Shown here: piece after piece, positions 24,090-29,520 of the stretch
Layout: each line of letters begins with the position of its first letter
Position numbering within the stretch: position 1 is the first letter of the stretch
From: Gemmata obscuriglobus
GTDB lineage: Bacteria; Planctomycetota; Planctomycetia; Gemmatales; Gemmataceae
DNA: 32,000 nucleotides
Assembly (NCBI RefSeq): GCF_008065095.1
Contig: NZ_CP042911.1
Span: 7,590,001-7,622,000 of the forward strand
Reading direction: 5' to 3'
Program-made: the position numbers and the translations under genes
The notes under the pieces: generated by a model
The model's database searches: none
Told to the model about the DNA's origin: nothing
Seen by the model: only the letters and a program-made list of their open reading frames with translations

Positions 24090-24144
24090 TTCGGAACGCA
24101 TCGCGGCCCGGGACCTCGCGGTGCAGGTGAGCTGTTCGTTCGGC
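24054..24144 (+). repeat. attC-like site B25
   Basis: Copy of B9. Confidence 0.85.
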
Positions 24145-24159
24145 AGGAAGAGGGCGCGG

Positions 24160-24666
24160 ATGGGGAACGTCCGGCTGAGAACGGTGACCTATTCGGACCT
24201 CTCCGCTTTGCGGCACGAAGTGGCGGTCGTCGATGGCCCGCAGTTCCAACCTCCCGAGTTCCTCGTCGTTCGCTACTTCGGCTCCTATCGCGATGGGTCC
24301 GAGGGCACGCCGGACGCCAAGTACATCCTCGCCGCGTCCGCAGCCGCCCGGGAGGCGTGGTGGTCACGGTGTACCGTCCTCGACTTCCGTGAGCTCGTGT
24401 ACCGCTGGGGAGACAACATGGCGTGGGTCACTCAGATCGGGCGCGATGGGGTGACCAAGCTCCAGTGGCCGCTCGCCATCGTGGTTGGGGACGGTTGTCG
24501 TGATGCACTCCGGTCACTGTTGCGGGACGAGTATGCGGGTCTGTGCGTGGAGTCGCTGGACGAGGCGTTTACCCTCTGCCGAGTTAAGGCTGAGGAGCAT
24601 GAGCGACAGCTCAAGCAGTGGCGGCCGCGGGCCGAACCCGGCGCTGCACCTGACACCGCCGGCTGA
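24160..24666 (+). CDS. hypothetical cassette protein (168 aa), copy 3 of 3
   Basis: Same protein as 16120-16626. Confidence 0.6.
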   Translation: MGNVRLRTVTYSDLSALRHEVAVVDGPQFQPPEFLVVRYFGSYRDGSEGTPDAKYILAASAAAREAWWSRCTVLDFRELVYRWGDNMAWVTQIGRDGVTKLQWPLAIVVGDGCRDALRSLLRDEYAGLCVESLDEAFTLCRVKAEEHERQLKQWRPRAEPGAAPDTAG

Positions 24667-24721
24667 CTTGTGACGCATCGCTCATTCGATGATGGCGGTG
24701 CAGGTGAGCTCTTTGTTCGGC
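24631..24721 (+). repeat. attC-like site B26
   Basis: Copy of B10. Confidence 0.85.
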
Positions 24722-24735
24722 AACAGAGGGCGCTG

Positions 24736-25323
24736 ATGGCAGCGGATGAGGTGGTCCCGCACATCGGCATCCGGTCGCTCGCCGGCATGGTGCGGCTGGG
24801 CATGACCCGCGCGGAAGTACAACCCCTGCTCGACCAGGATCGCGACATCCGGGTGGATTTCCGCGGTGATCCACCGGTGGTGGCGTTCGTCGAATCGCCC
24901 AAGCACTGGGGATCGTTCGAGGGCATCGACCTGTTCGAGGCCGGGGCCGACGAGGTCATCGCCGAGATCGCCGAGCGGCTCGGGTTGGCGCCAGAAGTGT
25001 ACCGGCCAGGGCGGCACTCGTACTACTTCCCCGATCTGCGCATGGGCCTGTGGCGGAGTTGCGTGTCGGACGAGGACGGCGACCAGGGCTTCACGTTCGA
25101 CAGCGTGAGCGTCCACGCGCCGGGGTACTACGATCCCACGGGACTGGCGTTCATCCGGCATCAGGGCGGGCTGCCTCCGGAGCAGAGGCACGCCGAACCC
25201 GGCGCTGCACCTGACACCGCCCGCTGTATTGTGACGCACCGCTCATCCGGTCATGGCGGTGCAGGTGAGCTAATTGTTCGGCTACCGGAGGTAGACGCGG
25301 ATGGACGCGGCCCGACTGCATGA
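24736..25323 (+). CDS. hypothetical cassette protein, copy 2 of 16696-17259; reads through the attC into the next cassette
   Basis: Identical up to the GTTCGGC core at 25282. After that the C-terminus differs because the downstream cassette differs. Confidence 0.55.
   Translation: MAADEVVPHIGIRSLAGMVRLGMTRAEVQPLLDQDRDIRVDFRGDPPVVAFVESPKHWGSFEGIDLFEAGADEVIAEIAERLGLAPEVYRPGRHSYYFPDLRMGLWRSCVSDEDGDQGFTFDSVSVHAPGYYDPTGLAFIRHQGGLPPEQRHAEPGAAPDTARCIVTHRSSGHGGAGELIVRLPEVDADGRGPTA
25192..25282 (+). repeat. attC-like site B27
   Basis: Copy of B11. Confidence 0.85.
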
Positions 25324-25672
25324 GTGGGTGGCCACGTACAACTGGGACGACGGTCTCGCCCCGGTGTGGGCCATCGCCGAGTGGCCGCGGACCGAATTCG
25401 CTACCGCCCTGCTGATCTACTGGCGGCTCGGCGGGCCGTGGCTGGAGGGCGACGCGGCTCCCGGCAACGCCCACGCCGTCCGGCTCCAGGCGGTGGTCCG
25501 CGAGCGTCTGCTGGTCGGGTTCTATCTGCGGGGCGCGTCCCGCTACGACCCGGCCGCCGAGATGACCCGCGTGCAACTCCACCAGTTCCGTAAGGCGGGA
25601 GTGCCGGAAGTATTGCTCTTGGCGTGTGGCCCAGAGGCCGAACCCGGCGCTGCACCTGACACCGCCGGCTGA
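25301..25672 (+). CDS. hypothetical cassette protein, resembles the DUF4274 family (NWDDG motif)
   Basis: Track ORF of 123 aa. LHEWVATYNWDDGLAPVWAIAEWPRTEFATALLIYWRLGG. The stop lies in the attC loop. Confidence 0.6.
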   Translation: MDAARLHEWVATYNWDDGLAPVWAIAEWPRTEFATALLIYWRLGGPWLEGDAAPGNAHAVRLQAVVRERLLVGFYLRGASRYDPAAEMTRVQLHQFRKAGVPEVLLLACGPEAEPGAAPDTAG

Positions 25673-25727
25673 TTCGGGACGCGCCGCTCATCCGATGGTG
25701 GCGGTGCAGGTGAGCTGTTCGTTCGGC
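25637..25727 (+). repeat. attC-like site B28 (last site of array B)
   Basis: 91 nt, consensus arms. Confidence 0.85.
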
Positions 25728-25868
25728 TGTCCATCGCTGCCTGATCTCTGAAATCGGCACCGCCTTGCGTTTCTTCGTTCCGGTTCCTCAGGCCACCGTT
25801 TCCGGTTCTCGGAATGACGGCGCAACCGGCGAGCACTTAGGTTCACTGATGAGGCGCAACCGTTCGTC

Positions 25869-25912
25869 GCGCGTTAACCGCGCGGTTAACGCGCGTTAAC
25901 CGCGCGGTTAAC
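25869..25912. repeat. tandem palindromic element, 2 x GCGCGTTAACCGCGCGGTTAAC
   Basis: Four GTTAAC boxes spaced alternately by CGCGCG and GCGC. GTTAACCGCGCGGTTAAC and GTTAACGCGCGTTAAC are perfect palindromes. Confidence 0.8.
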
Positions 25913-26051
25913 ACTTTAATCTCAATTCTGTTTTTCACATTCTCGGTGTTTTGGCACCACGATCGCCCAACCCCGGATGCGTTTCACATTACTGAACGAC
26001 CAGGAAATTAAGCAAATTCCAGCGCAACATGTCAGCTCACACTTCCCACGT

Positions 26052-26080
26052 GTGCGTCACACGGTTTTCGTGTGACGCAC
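26052..26080 (+). other. perfect 12-bp stem hairpin (GTGCGTCACACG gtttt CGTGTGACGCAC)
   Basis: Lies in the lower-GC island and is followed by ATTATTAGTCCTTTTCG. It could be a terminator or an operator. Confidence 0.35.
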
Positions 26081-26234
26081 GATTATTAGTCCTTTTCGCC
26101 ACTCCGGACGGCGCGCGTTTGGAACGCGGTGTACACACCTGTTGAAGTCGGGGGCGTCCCCTGGCTTGGTTCCCTAACTGCCGTGGCGGTGGCCTTGTAA
26201 ACTCCCGCCGCGGCACCTCCGGAGGTGTTGACCG

Positions 26235-26366
26235 ATGGTCATCAAAGTGAATGGCGCCCTGACCAGGGCGGAGAGGAAGGAGCGGATCGAACTGGCGTAC
26301 CGCTGGGGTAACCTGCTCCTTCGCTGGAGTTGGTTCCTGCTCGAGGTCGCTCGGTTCTGGAGCTGA
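26235..26366 (+). CDS. small ORF (43 aa), paralog 1: MVIKVNGALTRAERKERIELAYRWGNLLLRWSWFLLEVARFWS
   Basis: ATG 10 nt after GGAGG. Shares the motif (Y/H)RWG(N/E)LLLRW(S/G)WF..EV with 26539-26679. Preceded by a conserved hairpin at 26180-26214. Confidence 0.4.
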   Translation: MVIKVNGALTRAERKERIELAYRWGNLLLRWSWFLLEVARFWS

Positions 26367-26538
26367 TTCCGCAGACAGATGTGCCGGAACGGATCTGCGA
26401 CACGAGTGATTCGCGTCGCGCATTTGGAAGCGTGCCGTACACGAAGCACGCCGGGGAAGAACTCCCCGGCGTGGTCCCTAACCCGCGCGGCGGTGGCCTT
26501 GGAAACTCCCTCCGCGCAAGCCCCGGAGCACACTAACT

Positions 26539-26679
26539 ATGGAACCGAAATCGAGTGACCGCAAGCCCAAGGGTACTTGGGCCGGGTGGAAGGAACGCGC
26601 CGAGGTGGCGCACCGGTGGGGCGAACTGCTGCTCCGCTGGGGCTGGTTCGCCTTCGAGGTCGTGAAGTTATGCAGCTAG
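26539..26679 (+). CDS. small ORF (46 aa), paralog 2: MEPKSSDRKPKGTWAGWKERAEVAHRWGELLLRWGWFAFEVVKLCS
   Basis: ATG 10 nt after GGAG. Preceded by a homologous hairpin at 26485-26517. Confidence 0.4.
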   Translation: MEPKSSDRKPKGTWAGWKERAEVAHRWGELLLRWGWFAFEVVKLCS

Positions 26680-26689
26680 CCGCTGCGGT

Positions 26690-26709
26690 CCGCCAGCACG
26701 TGCTGGCGG
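26690..26709. terminator. 20-bp perfect palindrome CCGCCAGCACGTGCTGGCGG between convergent ORFs
   Basis: Lies between the stop of 26539-26679 (+) and the stop of the TerL N-terminal fragment (-). Confidence 0.4.
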
Positions 26710-26711
26710 CT

Positions 26712-27584
26712 TCAGGCTGCGCTCACGCCCCCAAGGTCGAACAGGGGCTCGATCCCTTCGGACCGGGCCCCGTGGATCACCGCCTGACTGAACACCGCGT
26801 CGATCGAGTCGAGGAACCGCAGGAAGTACTCCTGCTGGAACCACCGCTCGCCCAGCTCGGCCCGCTCGTCCTCCAGGAACTCGGGCGTGATGCGCGGGAT
26901 CTGGCTCGCCGGCACCGCGGTCCGCTGCCACGGCTCGTGCAGCTTGGCACGCCGCTTGAGGCCCTCGGCGCTGTCGTCCCAGATGTCGAAGAACCAGCCC
27001 TGGTTGCCGAACGGCGTGCTCAACGTGAGCAGCTGGCCCTTCGACACCGCGAGCATCGGGCGGACGCTCTTGTACAGCTCGTCCGAAACCCGGCTCCCCT
27101 CGTCGATCACGACCAGCCGCGGGGCGCTGAACCCGACCACGCCTTCCTGCGAGTCGGGCAGGCTGATGACCCGCGACCCGTTCGCCAGCTCGAGGCTCGT
27201 CTTCGTGTCCGCGAGCTCGGCCACCGGGCTCCCCAGCGCGCGGTAGAAGTCGCGCACCTTGCGGAGCATTTCCATCGACTGCCGCATCGTGGGGCAGAAC
27301 ACCAGGCAGTCGGCCTTGGGCCACAGCAGGGCCTCGCGCACGACGCGGGCCGCGGTCGCGGTGCTCTTACCCGCCTGGCGGGAACAGAGGAGCGACTCCC
27401 GCTTCCCCGGGCTCGTCAGGAACCGGGCCTGCCACGGGTCCGGCCGCCACCCCATCGCCGTGAACGGGAGCGTCGGGTCCGCCCGCAGCCGCTCCAGCGT
27501 CTCCCGCGACCCGCACCGCATCCGCGCCGTTGCTTGCGCCCGCAGCTTCGCCACCTGCGCCCGGAGGCTCGCGATGCTCGCCAT
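26712..27584 (-). CDS. terminase large subunit, N-terminal ATPase domain only (split gene)
   Basis: Track ORF of 290 aa. Walker A is SRQAGKST and Walker B is RLVVIDEGS, followed by LSTPFG and ...WFQQEYFLRFLDSIDAVF. This is where ATPase domains normally join the nuclease domain, but here a stop follows ...EGIEPLFDLGGVSAA. Confidence 0.85.
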   Translation of the reverse strand: MASIASLRAQVAKLRAQATARMRCGSRETLERLRADPTLPFTAMGWRPDPWQARFLTSPGKRESLLCSRQAGKSTATAARVVREALLWPKADCLVFCPTMRQSMEMLRKVRDFYRALGSPVAELADTKTSLELANGSRVISLPDSQEGVVGFSAPRLVVIDEGSRVSDELYKSVRPMLAVSKGQLLTLSTPFGNQGWFFDIWDDSAEGLKRRAKLHEPWQRTAVPASQIPRITPEFLEDERAELGERWFQQEYFLRFLDSIDAVFSQAVIHGARSEGIEPLFDLGGVSAA

Positions 27585-27978
27585 GCGCCTGCCCCGCCAG
27601 TTGCGCCTTGAGGCCCTCGATCTGCTCCTGCAGGTCCGCCACCATCTGCCAGTTGGCGAGCTTGTCCAGGGCCACCGTCGCGGCCCGCACCTGCACCGCC
27701 GGCGGCGCGGGCGGCCCCAGGTTCCGCTTGATCGTCGCCACCGCGTTCCGCCCGATCTCCTGCAGGTCCGTGCCCACCGCGGTGAACGCCTGATCCGTAA
27801 CTATCTTGCGAACATACGATAATCTCTGTTTGAACGCCGGGTCCTTGAGCCACTTGAACAGGCTGGCCTCGGACACCTTGGCCTGCTCGGCGGCCCCTTT
27901 GACCGTGGACGACCCGAGCAGGGCCACGATGGCGAGCTCCTGCCGGGCGCTCAGTTTGTCCTCGCCCGTGCCCGCCAC
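27367..27978 (-). CDS. terminase small subunit-like / HTH protein
   Basis: Track ORF of 203 aa. GTG start 8 nt after GGAG. LSARQELAIVALLGSSTVKGAAEQAKVSEASLFKWLKD. The last ~70 codons overlap TerL-N and have poor third-position GC. Confidence 0.5.
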   Translation of the reverse strand: MAGTGEDKLSARQELAIVALLGSSTVKGAAEQAKVSEASLFKWLKDPAFKQRLSYVRKIVTDQAFTAVGTDLQEIGRNAVATIKRNLGPPAPPAVQVRAATVALDKLANWQMVADLQEQIEGLKAQLAGQAHGEHREPPGAGGEAAGASNGADAVRVAGDAGAAAGGPDAPVHGDGVAAGPVAGPVPDEPGEAGVAPLFPPGG

Positions 27979-28025
27979 CGGAGGCTCCAGAATCCTCTTG
28001 TTTCCGCTACTGATGATGCCGCCCC

Positions 28026-28042
28026 GGGTTGCCCGGATGAAA
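28026..28042 (-). promoter_or_regulatory. conserved 17-nt motif GGGTTGCCCGGATGAAA (copy 3 of 3)
   Basis: 48 nt upstream (minus sense) of the TerS-like start. Confidence 0.4.
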
Positions 28043-28095
28043 GCGGCGGGAGGGCGGGGTTTCGATTCGCGCGCGAAGTGCGAGCCGGGGGCGGG

Positions 28096-28162
28096 GAGGC
28101 CCCTATAAGGGATATTTTGAGGGGGTAAAGAATTACTCTCTTAAGACCCCTTATAGGGCCTC
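28096..28162. promoter_or_regulatory. A/T-rich inverted repeat (CCCTATAAGGG ... CCCTTATAGGG)
   Basis: Perfect 11-bp arms at 28101-28111 and 28148-28158, with partly matching flanks and a 36-nt A/T-rich centre. Lies between the TIGR02996 operon terminator and the TerS-like gene. Confidence 0.5.
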
Positions 28163-28216
28163 TGGGCGCACGCATCGTGTGCGAAACGAGAGGTGCGGGG
28201 AGGCCGAAACGAACGC

Positions 28217-28246
28217 GAGCCGGCGCACCGCGTGGGTGCCCGGCTC
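28217..28246 (-). terminator. candidate intrinsic terminator after the TIGR02996 gene
   Basis: GAGCCGGGCACC cacgc GGTGCGCCGGCTC on the minus strand, followed by GCGTTCGTTTCGG. Confidence 0.4.
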
Positions 28247-28276
28247 TGCGGGTGAACGAGATGTGGTGCGGTCAGA

Positions 28277-28924
28277 TTAGGGCAGGTGCCAATCGACCCA
28301 CTGCCGCTTCGCGAAACGGGCGCCGGCGTCCGCGCCCTGGTGGCGCTCCACGAGGGCGAGCAGCTCGCGCCCGATCACGTCGTGCCCTAATTGCAAGCCG
28401 GGGTAGAGGCCCGCGAGGTGGAACTCGATGAGCGGCTGATCCGCGACCACCAGCGGGTACGCCAGGCGGGCCGCGTGAATCGAACTCACCACGAGGTTCG
28501 ACACGAACCCCCGACTGAACTCGAGCACGACCGCGTAAGAGCGCTGGTTCGCCGCGCGGCGCGGGAGGGGAGCCGTCGACGGCAGCCGCACCGCGCACCG
28601 GACGACCCGCCCGTTCCGGGTGCCGATCGCTTCGGTCCCGGGGAGGCCTTGCGCGGCGTCGACGCTCATCAGCGTGGGCACGAGCCGCTTCCAGTTCTCG
28701 ACCACGTGCCCGTCCTCGCCCTTCGAGAGCAGCCACGGGTACACCTTGCGGGGCATCACCTTCGCACCCGGCCGCACGCAGCTCATCCGAATGAATGCGG
28801 ATGTTGCCCGGTCGAAGTCGGTCGGGTCCTGAAGTTCGTCGAGCCAGTCGGCGTACACGAGCCGGGCCGTGTCGTCAGCCGGGGCCGAGCGGATCGCGTT
28901 GAGGAACCCGGCTCGTTCGCTCAC
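28277..28924 (-). CDS. TIGR02996 (repeat-companion) domain protein
   Basis: GTG at 28924 overlaps the upstream stop (GTGA), in frame with track ORF 28277-29251. VSERAGFLNAIRSAPADDTARLVYADWLDELQDP. Confidence 0.7.
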   Translation of the reverse strand: MSERAGFLNAIRSAPADDTARLVYADWLDELQDPTDFDRATSAFIRMSCVRPGAKVMPRKVYPWLLSKGEDGHVVENWKRLVPTLMSVDAAQGLPGTEAIGTRNGRVVRCAVRLPSTAPLPRRAANQRSYAVVLEFSRGFVSNLVVSSIHAARLAYPLVVADQPLIEFHLAGLYPGLQLGHDVIGRELLALVERHQGADAGARFAKRQWVDWHLP

Positions 28925-29520
28925 AGCCCACGCTCCCGCTTGAATTCCTCGTACGCGCGGTCGATCTCCGCGTACTTCGCGGCGGCTTCGGCATCGCCGG
29001 GGTTGCGGTCCGGGTGGTATTTCAGCACCAGCTTGCGGTAGTCCGAGGTGACGACCTCGGTGCGGGTGTGGAACGAAACCTCGAACACGTCCCACCAGCG
29101 TCGTTCGGTCTTCGCGGGCGACAGGGCTGCGAACCCGGTGAACGCGGCCTGGACCATGTCCCCGGTGCCCCAGCGGGCGATGCCGCGGAGGGCCTCGATC
29201 GTGTGCCGGATCGCTTGCAGGTTGTCCTCGACCTTGCGCCACCGGTCGCACGCGAACGCCACCGGCTGCCCGTGGTACCGGAAGTAGACCGCGACGCCGG
29301 CGTCGGCCGGTTGGGCCTGGTTCGCGAGCGGGAGCCCGTCCTGACGGAGCCGCAGGTTCGCGGACAGGATCACGTCCTTGGCGCCGAGCAGTTTGAGCTC
29401 GCCCAGGAGCTCATCCCGGACCCGGGCGAAGCTCTCCACCTTGAACCGCGACGGCTGCGGGAACGAGGTGCGCGGCCGCCCGGCGGGCCAGCACAGCGGG
29501 TAACGGGTCGGGTCGCTCAT
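28921..29520 (-). CDS. J-domain (DnaJ-like) protein
   Basis: Track ORF of 199 aa. C-terminal YRKLVLKYHPDRNPGDAEAAAKYAEIDRAYEEF with the HPD motif. Confidence 0.8.
   Translation of the reverse strand: MSDPTRYPLCWPAGRPRTSFPQPSRFKVESFARVRDELLGELKLLGAKDVILSANLRLRQDGLPLANQAQPADAGVAVYFRYHGQPVAFACDRWRKVEDNLQAIRHTIEALRGIARWGTGDMVQAAFTGFAALSPAKTERRWWDVFEVSFHTRTEVVTSDYRKLVLKYHPDRNPGDAEAAAKYAEIDRAYEEFKRERGL

Larger units (their letters stand above)
11237..25727 (+). mobile_element. integron-type cassette array B (leader plus 28 complete attC-like sites); no integrase seen
   Basis: Same consensus site and orientation as array A. 18 ORF cassettes and 10 non-coding cassettes. Confidence 0.85.

Noticed and set aside
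3335-25727. CRISPR array interpretation of the regularly spaced repeats.
   Set aside because: The repeats are about 90 nt long with a variable centre and imperfect-palindrome arms. The 'spacers' are 235-560 nt and contain complete ORFs with ribosome-binding-like boxes. No cas genes are present.
3570-25727. REP/BIME- or MITE-type intergenic repeat instead of attC.
   Set aside because: Not fully excluded without the genome. Three observations fit cassette recombination better: strict single orientation, one gene per interval, and duplication boundaries exactly at GTTCGGC. The R box, spacer, L box and extra-base fold also fits.
26037-26533. Minus-strand ORFs 26037-26423, 26174-26533 and 26242-26442 in the island.
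   Set aside because: They are antisense to the duplicated hairpin and small-ORF modules. They are not conserved between the two module copies in frame, and they have no start context.
26577-27822. Plus-strand ORFs 26577-27611, 26887-27246 and 27259-27822, and minus ORFs 26668-27324 and 27416-27853.
   Set aside because: These are shadow frames of the TerL ATPase and TerS-like genes, which carry the recognisable Walker motifs and HTH.
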